Source of the DNA: Paraphysomonas bandaiensis
Taxonomy: Eukaryota > Protista > Chrysophyceae
Assembly: GCA_965644295.1 (NCBI GenBank)
Contig: CBFFRP010000136.1
Coordinates: 124,001-188,000 of the forward strand
DNA: 64,000 bases
Direction: 5' to 3'
Shown: positions 13,095 through 25,215 of the stretch, in pieces
Layout: every line of letters starts with the position of its first letter
How positions within the stretch are numbered: the stretch's first letter is position 1
Notes under the pieces: generated by a model
Database searches by the model: none
What the model was told of the DNA's origin: nothing
What the model saw: only the letters and a program-made list of their open reading frames with translations
Program-made: the position numbers and the translations under genes

Positions 13095-14236
13095 TGTATG
13101 CTGTATGTATGTATGTATGTATGTATGTATGTATGTATGTATGTATGTATGTATGTATGTATGTATGTATGTATGTATGTATGTATGTATGTATGTATGT
13201 ATGTATGTATGTATGTATGTATGTATGTATGTATGTATGTATGTAGGTAGGTAGGTAGGTAGGTAGGTAGGTAGGTAGGTAGGTAGGTAGGTAGGTATGT
13301 ATGTAGGTATGTAGGTATGTAGGTATGTATGTATGTATGTATGTATGTATGTATGTATGTATGTATGTATGTATGTATGTATGTATGTATGTATGTATGT
13401 ATGTATGTATGTATGTATGTATGTATGTATGTATGTATGTATGTATGTATGTATGTATGTAGGTATGTAGGTATGTAGGTATGTAGGTATGTATGTATGT
13501 ATGTATGTATGTATGTATGTATGTATGTATGTATGTATGTATGTATGTATGTATGTATGTATGTATGTATGTATGTATGTATGTATGTATGTATGTATGT
13601 ATGTATGTATGTATGTATGTATGTATGTATGTATGTATGTATGTATGTATGTATGTATGTATGTATGTATGTATGTATGTATGTATGTATGTATGTATGT
13701 ATGTATGTATGTATGTATGTATGTATGTATGTATGTATGTATGTATGTATGTATGTATGTATGTATGTATGTGTGTATGTATGTATGTATGTATGTACAT
13801 GTATGTATGTATGTATGTATGTATGTATGTATGTATGTATGTATGTATGTATGTATGTATGTATGTATGTATGTATGTATGTATGTATGTATGTATGTAT
13901 GTATGTATGTATGTATGTATGTATGTATGTATGTATGTATGTATGTATGTATGTATGTATGTATGTATGTATGTATGTATGTATGTATGTATGTATGTAT
14001 GTATGTATGTATGTATGTATGTATGTATGTATGTATGTATGTATGTATGTATGTATGTATGTACTGTAGGTAGGTAGGTAGGTAGGTAGGTATGTATGTA
14101 TGTATGTAGGTAGGTAGGTAGGTAGGTATGTATGTATGTAGGTAGGTAGGTAGGTAGGTAGGTATGTATGTAGGTAGGTAGGTAGGTAGGTAGGTATGTA
14201 TGTAGGTAGGTAGGTAGGTAGGTAGGTAGGTAGGTA
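13095..14236. repeat. Compound (TATG)n/(TAGG)n microsatellite, about 1.14 kb
   Basis: Direct reading; TAGG-rich blocks at about 13244-13295 and 14067-14235, with TATGTAGG octamer runs near 13300 and 13460. Confidence 0.98.
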
Positions 14237-14378
14237 CATATAGGTGTATGTGGTTGTACAGGTCATCTGCATATTCATGTATTTATAGTGGGGTATGGTT
14301 TATTTAAGGTCTCAGCACACTTAAATATCACCATTATATCGCCACATTAATTACATACCTTCAGCCTTCAACGTAGAC

Positions 14379-17122
14379 ATGCAAGATGAATTAACCGTCT
14401 GCATGACGGAGCCGGAAGAGTCCATGCAGGACATGTCAGAGGGTGTATTATCAGCCTTTCGATCTCTTGTATTTTCCTCCTTTCCACACCTGCCTGATCT
14501 CACCACCCCCCCTCCTTCCATCACCAATGATCCCTATGATCTCAATACTCAATCTGAAACAGGCCGTGTGAGTGGAGTGCTTAGAGGTATATTGTATGAG
14601 TTTGTCAAGGAGCTGTCAGAGTATGCAGAGGAGTTAGATATTGCGGGAAAGAAAACTATCGATATTGATGATGTTATTGATGTAGCCAACGATGTTCAGA
14701 AAAGTTGGCAAATTTTGGAATATTTAATTATTTCTCCGTCCAATGTAGTTTCTGTTAATACCATTGATTGGTTGAAGGTAAGTGTTTGCCGTCAATATTG
14801 TTTCACGTTTCACACACCGCTCAGGGAAAAGTGAACGACGTAGACCCAATTCTGGTCACAGAGAAGTTAGAATATTATAAGTCGATTGCAGAACCCGAGT
14901 TGTCGGATCTAAGCAATGACAACCAGCAATTAGTTGGCGGTTTCTGGGGCTTAATTTTCGACTTAGTTCTGCGTGGAGACTTGAACACTGCCTGGGAGGT
15001 CTTGTCTCTTCATTCTGAGATTAGTGCTCTACCAGACAAAAATCCAGACTTCAAGTCGCTGCGGCATATCTTTACTAGCCATCCTCTTTGTAGAGAGTCA
15101 CTGGAGGGAGTAAGCCTTAGGGAAATGTATTCTTTGTGGAAGGAATGGCACCAGGTGCGTGTGAGAATGTTAACTGCTCAAATTGTTTCTCTCTTCGTGT
15201 TACCGTATTCATCTGTGTTAAGGGATGCTTTGTAATGTGTTATATGTAGTGTGTGGATAGTATTAGAGCGGAGAGTCCACTTACTGGTAACATACCGGAG
15301 TTAGATCGTCTCCTTCGCGTGATGCTTGGTGACAAGAAAACCTTGCAGTCTGTGGTGCATCAACAGGAGGAGACCAGAAATAACTGGTATGTGATGAGTG
15401 TGTCTCTTCTGCTATTCTCCCAGCCAGCGCTCTCGAGGCCTGATGTTGGACGAGTATTAGAGGAAGGTATGCGATTATGTGGTGGGGCAGAGGATGAGGA
15501 GGAGCGCAAATGCATTCTTCATCTCTTCCACGGTGAGGTTGGACCTTTATTGCGCTCTCTCAAAGAGCGTGGAGATGGAGCCAGGGATGGTGCTGAAACA
15601 CAGATTCATCAGATTTTGGCCGCAGTTATTCTACTAGCAGGAACCCATCTCTCTCGGATGTTGCAAATGGTTGGTGCACTCGAGACTACCGGTGTGCAGA
15701 ATGAATTTTTGAATACAATGGCAACGGACACTGTTGATATCCTTGCAAAGCTAGGAATACCGGCTGAAGTGATTAATGGTTATATGCACACAGCTTTTTT
15801 GGGTTCTTCAGCCGAACAACTTGCTCGTGAACTCCTTCCTCGCTGCGAGGTGACCTGTGATTCGGATGCTCTCGACCTCAGTGCTCTTCTCAGGGAAGCT
15901 GGGCTCGCGGCTGAATCAGATTCTGTCCTTGTGTCAAGGGGGTTGTACTGGCTTCAACGCGCAGAGCGACCGAAATTGATCAAAGAAGATTCTGATAGTT
16001 TGCTTTATCGGCTTGGAGGGATGGAAGCAAAAGCCCTACTCTTCTTCTTGCGTGGACAGGACTCTTCTAGGGCTCGTGCCCTACTTGACCAAAATATGTT
16101 GCGGTGTGTGGTTTCTGTCTCGAAGTTCGATAACCTTAAAGGCCTACTTCCCTGCGCCCCAGGGGATATGCTAAAATCTCTTATTGTTTCTTCGGCTCCT
16201 GTGGAAATAGGGATCGCCTCTGGAATATTGTGCGCTGTGAACTCACTGCGAAACGAGCAGCTCTGCCGGTCCGAGGTCCACGCTTTGAGAGCTTACGTCG
16301 AAGTAACTCAGTGTCTGCTTGAAATGCCAATTCTGGACCATGAATTTCCTAAGTTGCCACTGACTGACCTCATTTCAATCATGCAGTCCCTTGGTAGTGC
16401 TGCTGATTCTCTTAAGATTTTGCTGGCTCCTTTTGAACGGGACACTCATTCGCCCCTCTCTTCCTCATGCAGCTCTGTATGCCCCCAAAGGTGTGTAACT
16501 GCAGTGCTGTATACACAGTTTAATTGGTTTCAGGTATTGGACGCATATCGTCGACCTTTGTGTTTGGGTTCAGCGGGCACATATTATGTACCGTGGCATG
16601 CTAGAGGTTGCGTTGAAGGAAGCCGAAGCCGACTGTTTTGAAGAAAAATCTCAACTTTCTGAGTTTCCACCCGTTCTCTTTTTCAGGGAACACCTGGATA
16701 TATGTCTCCGCATGATGCACTTGGGTAAAGCTAATTATTTAAGTAACACAGTGATGGCAATGTCAAGTGGTATAAGAGACGATCAACGTAAGTGGCCATT
16801 TGCCCTGCAATGTGTACTGCTTAATGAAATACAAATTTCAGGTCTACATCATGCTCTTCTTCAAATGGTTGAAGCAGCAAGCTGCTACGAGAATTATTGT
16901 TTTAGTTCTCTAGAGTCGTCTTCAGCTGCGGCTTATTCTGAAGCCCAGCAGAGCAAATATTCTTCGAGATCTGTTGCATCGGGAGAAGGAACTAGTAGGT
17001 CTTTAGCGTTACATCTCAGCAGAAGTGATCCTCCAGATACGATATCATCATACAGAGCGTCTCGCTTTGAAACATATTTGACGGCACCTGCATCCTCATC
17101 ATCGTTAAGAATGCTACCGTAG
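14379..17122 (+). CDS. NUP85: Nucleoporin Nup85-like alpha-solenoid protein, multi-exon (start approximate)
   Basis: Motif FWGLIFDLVLRGDLNTAWEVLSLHS and downstream W..W, L..L.G and W-x-rich helical segments resemble Nup85. GT-AG introns at about 14778-14824, 15154-15249, 16491-16532 and 16788-16841. Confidence 0.7.
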
Positions 17123-17458
17123 TGCACATCTAGTTTATCCGGAAACTGCCAGATCTTTGTAATAGTATTAGTTTGAGATTATCAGCCTAAATATCATCTG
17201 GCTAAAAATTATAATATTAAATTTGATGGCCCTTGCACTAGTATTGTGACTAAGCCTGTTGATGTTTATGCCTGCTGTAATGTGAAATGTACAATATTAT
17301 GGCTCGGGAATATTGAAAAATATCTCCTAATGGTAGATAATTTCATACCACGTCTATTAATGACAATAGTGTTTTCGGAAGCGGTCCCCAAAAATTTACT
17401 TATTAAAATGAATTGGTCAATACGATAGATGTCACTGATTTGATGTGCTATCATCAAG

Positions 17459-18184
17459 CAGGGCCTGGTAACCATTAATGGCCCATTAATGGTATTCCGG
17501 TTCCCGGCAATTATAATGGCGTTAATGAAAAATGTCCCGGCAATTATAATGGCCGACCCATTAACTGCCATTAATACCTACAAACTAAAAGTAGATAATA
17601 CCGCTCATAATAGATAGTGTGGTGCTCCCTTAATTACTAATTTTTAATTAAATAGCAGACAACTAATTGTAACTGCTTCTCGCTTTCTACTGGCACATCA
17701 GGATCTTCTTGCAGGGCTCATGGAGGGTATAAACATCCCACAACATGTAATTGGCTCGTAGGAATAGCAACGATCCTAGACGATATGGATTCATGTTCGG
17801 CGACGCACAAGCAGCTTTCGTAGCGTTAAATAGTAGGACAATAGAGTTTGTATTGATTAGTTACGGGTAGTGGTCTAACTAGTATGACTAGCATTCTTCT
17901 AGCCACTAATTGATGCAAGGTCTCAACGACTATTGCTAAATAATCAGACATTCACTACTGGATTCATGTTTCTACGTTCAGGTGTGATTATCAACTTTGC
18001 ACAACAACATTAGATTGTGCTTCAATATGAAGCAAGCTGCGGTAGTTGGACTCATAGGTACCATGTCGAGCTCTCTTGTGGTGACCTCGGCGCTGTCCAG
18101 AACACGCTGTGCAATTAAAAGATTCCCAGGAAATTATAATGGCATTACCATTAATGCCATTACCATTAACGGTTACTAGCCCTG
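17459..18184. mobile_element. Non-autonomous TIR element (hAT-like MITE), 726 bp
   Basis: Left end CAGGGCCTGGTAACCATTAATGG versus right end (reverse complement) CAGGGCTAGTAACCGTTAATGG; many subterminal CCATTA/TAATGG repeats; second copy at 63934. No 8-bp TSD visible. Confidence 0.8.
17798..17958 (+). repeat. Dispersed repeat copy B, nested in the MITE and flanked by a 12-bp direct repeat
   Basis: TGGATTCATGTT at 17786-17797 and 17959-17970; the interior matches about 6968-7101. Confidence 0.75.
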
Positions 18185-18490
18185 GTGTGAACGTGGTTAT
18201 GATGACTTCCGAATAGGTATAGGCTCAATGCCATCATATTAATGACATCAAACCCACACCGTGTTCGAGTCTTGGAAAACCCTCGAACGTTTCGACTGCT
18301 CATTCATATATATAGAATACGCACATTTTCTGATAGTCTGATTGTTCTAGCCTGTGAGTGTTTTAGCCCTCACTTCCTTTACAAGAAGCTAAAACTCTGT
18401 TGATTATACGCCACTTCTAGGGGAAAATAGTTGGATATATAAAATATTGCAATATTTTATCAGTAGACGTGTTGGCAAAGCAATACAAGT

Positions 18491-18551
18491 CTACTATTTA
18501 ACGCTACTGTTTGTGCATCGCCGTAAGCACCAAGGTGCAAACACCTTCGCT
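18491..18551 (-). repeat. Dispersed repeat copy C (fragment)
   Basis: Reverse complement reads GCGAAGGTGTTTGCACCTTGGTGCTTACGGCGATGCACAAACAGTAGCGTTAAATAGTAG, matching copies A and B. Confidence 0.7.
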
Positions 18552-19523
18552 TTAAAAAAATATAATTTAATCAGGAGGGATCCACTTAGGGTAAAAGGAT
18601 CCACTGAGGTTACATGAGGATCATAATAAGTGTATAGGGTCCCCATACTGAACTGGTTATATAGGGTAGAATTCGGGGCATCGTTGTTTCAGAGCATTTC
18701 GTGGCCTAGTTTTGAGGTACAATTGGCAGAGTCACTGTCGTCGAGGCTGTTTGGGATGCTCAAACTGGTGCGCAGCGGAGAACGACACCAGGGACTGAAT
18801 TCTAGTCACTACTACTAGCTAATAAATTTAATAAAACATATGCTATTTAATACAAGTACAGTCATATTACATTAAAATATGTTTTGTTACTAACTTGATT
18901 CATTAAATTCGAGAGAGTCACCGCCATTACCAAGAATGGCTGAAGCGAATATAATTGATATTTTCCTCTCGGTTTTTTTCAAAAATAGACCCCGTAAATG
19001 TAGTTGGTATTTAAAGTTTGAGAAGTCAATATCATTTTGACTACGTATTACCGTTTTTCTCACTGCATTGAACGTATGCTACAGTTCTATCCTAGAGAAA
19101 CATACGTATTCCAACACACTGCACCAAAAGCGACTTAATTGATATAAAATGTAATGAATATTTGAATTCAGGATTAATTATTTCGTCTATTCACATAAAA
19201 TTTGTATTAATTTCGGTGCAAAAATGGGTGACTAGTCAGTTAGTCAGCTTGTCTGATGGCACCGTCCATACCGCTATGCCGGTCTGTAGAAATAAATTTC
19301 ACTCAAGAGATGCATGAAATCATATCGCGCACAAGTGTAAATATGCAAATAAAACATGATGCGTTATATTCAATGTGTACAGTAAGCTCAATTAACTACT
19401 TGCAGCTGATCTAACTAGCCTAATTGGAATTGAAGAAGCACGAATTTTACCCATCGCATACAATAATAAATGAAGTAGTACATATCACGGAACTCTATCA
19501 CTGAACAGAAATGCTAAATCTGT

Positions 19524-20568
19524 CTACCCTCCCTTCCTGTCAAACTCCACAGTACATTTAACGTATCTGTCAGAGCAATTTGCAGCTAGTTCTTCGCTTG
19601 GAATAGGAAGTTGATCCCCAACTACCCCAATATTTCTGAATGATTTACATGGCCACCTACGGAAACGTCGTCATATTAGCAATGCTGACACTTTAAGAAC
19701 TTACGAGGTCATCATCTTAGTCTCTAACAGCTCATCGCGAATGGCATTAATTCCAGCTTCAACAACATATGCATCAATACTGCGTAGCACGCGAGTTGCA
19801 TTCTCATAAGGACTGACGATCGCCTCCAGTTTACTTTGCAAGGCAGTCGCCGCTGCAAAAAGTACAGGGCGATCTGGAAGTTGTACGCCGATGAAAGATA
19901 TAATTCTTTCTAACTCAAAGGATGGCCGTCGTATAATATCATCCACAAAGACTAACACGAGACATAACTATATATATGCACAAAATATAACATTGTCTAC
20001 CTGTTAGCATCCGCGTGTGTGCAGCGACATGGGAGAGGCGGCAGTGCCACCGCAATAACTGCCTTACCTGGGCATCAAACAACAGAGCACCAGCAGGACT
20101 TTTAAGTCTACCAGTGGGAATAAGGATGCTGAGAGACTGCGAAATAGGCCTCCTGACAAGCCGGATTATCCTAGACCAACCGTGATTCTTTCCGTATCCA
20201 TAAGCTGGAACGTTCGTATCATACACTAGTTGCAATGATTCAGATGGCACAGCTAATCCCAGTTCAGAAATCGTTTGCTGTATGAATTCCATGCCTGAAT
20301 ATGGTAAAGCAAGCAACCCCACACGATCCACTCCATGTACACTGGTGTCAAAGCATTTGGGGCCTAAACAGCTCCTGACAGTCGACTCAAACATTTGTGA
20401 TGTTTTTTCTAATGAAGAAAACTCTCGAATTTCACTTCCTGCTCCATTGTGTGGATCACAGTCACTGGATGGATCACTGACGCCGTATTTTATTAATAGA
20501 GTCACTAATAAAACAAACACCACTAAACACACAGTGAAAAACACTCTTCTCTTGTTGATATATTTCAT
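19524..20568 (-). CDS. Type II membrane protein with a degenerate P-loop sulfotransferase-like domain, 3 exons
   Basis: Basic N-terminus plus TM anchor. LLALPYSG (5'-PSB-like), IIRLVRRP (3'-PB-like) and VDDIIRRPSFELERIISFIG resemble sulfotransferase motifs; two GT-AG introns; stop at 19524. Confidence 0.65.
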
Positions 20569-20965
20569 GATCAGTGTGGGATATGTGAGGGTTGTTTGAT
20601 AGGAGCATTTAATATGGAGGGGAGGGATATATATATATATATATGTATGGGAGATACAGCTATCTTATATATGGATATGTGTGTGTATATTGAGGTAGAG
20701 TGAGAGGGATGTGTGTGAGTACGATATGAGAGATACGAGTACAATAGTACGATATGATAGCATAATTGTACGATGTACTCTGCTGTATTCGACAACAAAG
20801 ATATAAAGAGACTGTGAAGCAGTACGTATTCTTGACATATTGTATTCCGTATTCTCTCTGTGGTATGTAGAGAATATATGGAAGCATCTGTATGTCTTCC
20901 ACAGCAGCACATCATACAGTGGAATACATTACAGAGGTACTGTATATGGAAGGACGTGTACATAT

Positions 20966-21080
20966 CATACATACATACATACACACATACAGCAGCACAC
21001 ACACACACATCATTCCTCATATACATACATACATACATACATACACACATATCATTCCTCACATACATACATACATACAT
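20966..21080. repeat. Degenerate CATA/CA repeat tract upstream of the TPR-DnaJ gene
   Basis: CATACATAC and ACACAC runs with a duplicated ATCATTCCTCA unit. Confidence 0.8.
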
Positions 21081-21143
21081 AGCCTCCATTATATCCCCAC
21101 ACAACGAGCTTGGCATTTATCCAGCTGAGTGAGTTTTAAGGAC

Positions 21144-23024
21144 ATGGCAGAGGATGATGAAGAGTATAAGCTTCATGCTCTTGGTCTTAAGGATAAAGGC
21201 ATATCTGGTTCCCTGTACTCTGCTATCGTCTCATGGATGTATGCAGGCAATGAAGCGTTTCAAGAGGGAGATATGCAATCTGCGATAGAGTTATACTCTC
21301 AGGTGAGTGTTATACTGTATTCCATATACTGTATACCGTATAGTGGTCATGTACATGAGATCAGAGAGCTCATATGTTGACAGGCCATTGATCTCGACCC
21401 AGACAATCACGTTTTTTACAGCAACCGCTCAGCGGCTTATATGAAGTCCGATTCTATCAGTAAAGCACTTCGAGATGCGGAAAAGTGTGTTGAACTAGCA
21501 CCAAACTGGAGCAAGGGTTACAATAGACTTGGTGTAGCACAGCAAGGTCTCAAGAGATTTCCTGCAAGTATAGACAGCTTCAAGAGAGGTAGAGTTATTT
21601 TTACTAACTGTTCGAGTTATTGAAGATTGTTTCCAGGTATTGAATTAGATCCAGACAACCGCAGCCTGTGGTCAGCACTTAGAGCGGCGGAGGAAGCTTA
21701 TGAGGCGGATAAGAAGGTGCGGTTTGAGGAAGCAGCTCGAGAACGGGCAATAGAAGAAGAAATACTCCGACAAAAAGATTTAGCTAAGAAGAAGTCAAAT
21801 GATTTGAAAAAGACAGAAGCGGAGAAAAAGGACGATAATGCCCTTTTGTCAGATTTTTTTTCATCGGTTTTGCCTACAGAGGAGCCTGTAGCAGCTGCAC
21901 CAGCACCCGCACCCGCTCCAGAGAAGCTCCCTGACCCACCTGCTCCCTCATCACAAGCGGAAACAACACCAGTAGTTCCTGAGGAAGAAAAGCCTGAGCC
22001 TGCTGCAGATGCAGCGCCAGCGGGCGAGGATGACCTGCTTGCGGGTTTCTTCTCTGAGTTGAGCGAGCAATCGAAAGAGAAGGAGCAGAAAGAGGAGGCT
22101 GCAGCTAGTGCAAAGCAGTCTCAGCAATTGACCGAAAAGTACACTACACAGGATCTCGGTACCGCCAAGGAGCAGCACGCACGATTGACCTGCAAAAACT
22201 ATGAGTGGAAAAACCAGAACCCGTTTTACGTGATGCAGCTGGATATCGATGCTACCGAGGAAGATATAAAGTACAGATATCGCAAGTTATCGGCGAAGAT
22301 CCATCCCGACAAATTGCGGGACGTAGAAAACTCTCGTCTCGCTTTTGAGGAGGTGTGTGCTTGTTCTTGGGGTAATGGGTTGATATTTATATCTGTACTG
22401 CAGCTGAAGGAGGCCTACCATAAGTTGTGCGATAAGAAGCAGCGGGACATTGCGATTATGAACATTGAGCACGTACGTAGTGAGGTCAAGAAAGAGCGGC
22501 GTAAGCTCATATCAAAGGGGGTATGTGTGTACTCAAACTAATAATCATCTGATGACATGTGGCATACCACAGATGAAGGAGAGTGAACTACCTCCCCTGG
22601 AAGAAGTCATTAGTAAACGAACGATGAAGCATTTTGCAGGTAGTGAATGAGTTATTAATTATTTCTCGTTTTTTGATGAGCCGCAGACATGTATCTGCAT
22701 CGTAAGAAAAGCGACAAGAATCTTCATGCACATAATGCTCGAGAGCGAATGTTCGAGGATCAGGAAAAGGAACAGCAAGAAAAGTTTGCTGAATTTGACA
22801 AGGAGTGGTCTGAAGGAGATAGGTAATGATAATGTAGCTATTGTTTATCAAACTCGTCATTAGGTATAATGAATAGGAGAGAGAAGCGTGTTGGCAACTG
22901 GAGAGGTTTCCAGGAGGCGCCTGACGCAAAGAAGGTGCGGGCATCATCATACAAAGAAGAGTCTCGAGCAGTTGAGAAACATGGTCAAGTGAAGTTAGAA
23001 ACGTGGAAGAAGAAATGGAAGTAA
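21144..23024 (+). CDS. N-terminal TPR domain (Hop/STI1 TPR1-like) fused to a DNAJC8/Spf31-type J-domain protein
   Basis: [35 protein letters not shown] TPRs; J-domain NPFYVMQL..IKYRYRKLSAKIHPDK; DNAJC8-like tail EW..DRREKRVGNWRGFQ; several small introns. Confidence 0.85.
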
Positions 23025-23862
23025 TCTATCGATGTGTCTCTTTATGTTGGAGTATGAGTAGGACGAATATAGACATTGCTCTAATAACTTTCTGCTCTGT
23101 TAGTATTACCGTAATTCTAGCACTTTGTGTCTATTAACATACGCCCACACTATTCCCTATTCCATACTCATTATCTCTGCTCTCTGCTATATTGCGTATT
23201 TAGAGAATACTGGCAATTTAGGTTGATATATAAGATTAGTGTATCAAGATACTCTGAATTATATGTATATATATAATTATTTTTAGTACACTGACCTCTA
23301 TACTTGTAAGTATAGTTTAAGTTATAAGTTAGCTGTTTAGAAAGCCTTCTCTTGGTATAACAATATAGCAATCACTCACTTAGCCAGTTTTAGCTAATCT
23401 CTATTCTTCACTTTGATGCGTTGTTTCTAGAACTCAGTGGTATCACTCAAAAATTATGTGTGACTGGAGACCATTTTGTATAACTGATAAACCTAAGCAT
23501 GAACACATGCAGCAACTCCCTAGTCTTTTTCATCTTTCACCAAATTGGCTAGATTGAATAATATATCTCGTCTTTTTCTATTTTAGGTACTTCGCTGTAG
23601 GTTGCACCAACCATTGGCAGGTATCCGTAAATATTATAGACTTCGACACGTAATAACACCACATGTCATTGTACACAGACTAAACACAAAACTTTTAATA
23701 TTATAAAGTGGATGCCTTGTAAATTTTGGAGCTCAACGATAAAAAACACTTTCGCGGAAGTAGTCTCTATTTCTCTATATCATTTATTACAACACAATTA
23801 ATTTATGTTGAAGTCACATATATACAACGGCAACAACCAATACTATCATGTCAATTATAGTG

Positions 23863-25215
23863 TCATATTTTCTCTTCCAAATGAAAACGATAATTTCCTA
23901 CAAGAGAAATAACAGAAATGACAACATTAAGGGTGCCAATGTCCATTGCACTCATGAAACGATAGGCGAAGAATCCCGCTGCAGCGCTGACACCGCTAAA
24001 GAAATATATAGCTGCAAAAGCAGTATTCCTGTCTTCTTCAGCATTTATAAATAAATCTGCTACAACAGCTTTGTTCGTACTTTCCCATATACCCCTCCCT
24101 GCACCGAAAATAGCAACGAGGGGAATGATGACTGCCCAACTTGCAATGGTCCCATTGTCCATATACATCACAACTGAGCAGCAAAGACCGAAACAAACTG
24201 CACCAGTTATCATGATGCCGCACTTCCCATGTAAATTAACGTATGTCGCCAAAGGCATAGCCAGTGCTGCAGCGATTACAATAGAAAAAGCACTCAATGC
24301 TCCGATATAACCCTCCTTTCCATGGCTATCGAGAACGATCCCATCTACGTAATAGGACATGAAAGCAGCGCAAAACCCAAAGGATAGTTGGTATGGCACA
24401 ATGGTAAAAAAAAGATCGTGGCTCTTCACTAGTCTGAACACCGCTAACGCCTCTCCCCACATCATGTCCCACAGGGTATGCTCGCTATCCTTAGTTATTC
24501 CTTCATGGCATATGTCATCAGTCGTATGCTCGCACCCAATATTCTCTATATTGCAGACAGCAGCAGTTGATAACCATGCAAGCACCGTATAAACCAGAAA
24601 GGCGAACACCTGCCAGCTACCCGTACCTCCTGAACGCATAGAGAGATAAATTAATGTCACCAAGAGTTTCCCTACAGCTTCCGAACCAAGGTATATTGTT
24701 GCAAAATACCCAGCAAAATTAATATGAGCCTCTTCCACTGATACAGAATGTTTCCCCGCATACAATACAGCACTTTGGGAGTAGTAGCTGCCTTGTGCTG
24801 GCCACATTAAGCCAGCTCCAAGGCCACCTAAGAAAGCACCGGGGACGCAAACATACCACTTAACAGAAGGAACAGCCAGAGCAATCATAAAAGTGGTGAC
24901 ATACATCAACATAGATGCCATACCAATAACAATCGATAGTTTGGCACCTGTCCATCGCAAAGTTGGTCTGGACACAAAGAGTGCACTGACTGAATACACG
25001 ATATACAGGAGCCCGCCAGACACCGCCCCTAGATCCTTCCCGAGCTCAGGAGTAGCGTATATCAGCACTCCATCAACAGTAGCATGAGCGATAGAGAAAG
25101 CAGAAGAAAATAAGAGATAATTATTGAGTATATTAAACTTAGGGGCATATACAGCAGCACTATCGGACAGAAAGGGGGCTGTGACACTGTCTCTGGAGGT
25201 GTTGGTGATTAACAT
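23863..25215 (-). CDS. UNC-93-like MFS-fold membrane protein, intronless
   Basis: 450-aa ORF with about 12 hydrophobic helices and the motif GLGAGLMWPAQGSY typical of the UNC-93 family. Confidence 0.85.
   Translation of the reverse strand: MLITNTSRDSVTAPFLSDSAAVYAPKFNILNNYLLFSSAFSIAHATVDGVLIYATPELGKDLGAVSGGLLYIVYSVSALFVSRPTLRWTGAKLSIVIGMASMLMYVTTFMIALAVPSVKWYVCVPGAFLGGLGAGLMWPAQGSYYSQSAVLYAGKHSVSVEEAHINFAGYFATIYLGSEAVGKLLVTLIYLSMRSGGTGSWQVFAFLVYTVLAWLSTAAVCNIENIGCEHTTDDICHEGITKDSEHTLWDMMWGEALAVFRLVKSHDLFFTIVPYQLSFGFCAAFMSYYVDGIVLDSHGKEGYIGALSAFSIVIAAALAMPLATYVNLHGKCGIMITGAVCFGLCCSVVMYMDNGTIASWAVIIPLVAIFGAGRGIWESTNKAVVADLFINAEEDRNTAFAAIYFFSGVSAAAGFFAYRFMSAMDIGTLNVVISVISLVGNYRFHLEEKI

Noticed and set aside
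13244-14235. (TAGG)n as interstitial telomeric repeat
   Set aside because: It is not a TTAGGG/TTTAGGG-type unit; it is a one-base variant of the surrounding TATG array and interleaves with it.
9875-14278. Long ORFs of YIHT/MYVC/YLPT repeats, and the MYVC extension on the MCCC1 ORF
   Set aside because: They are translations of stop-free tetranucleotide microsatellites; MCCC1 has a proper ATG and transit peptide at 9960.
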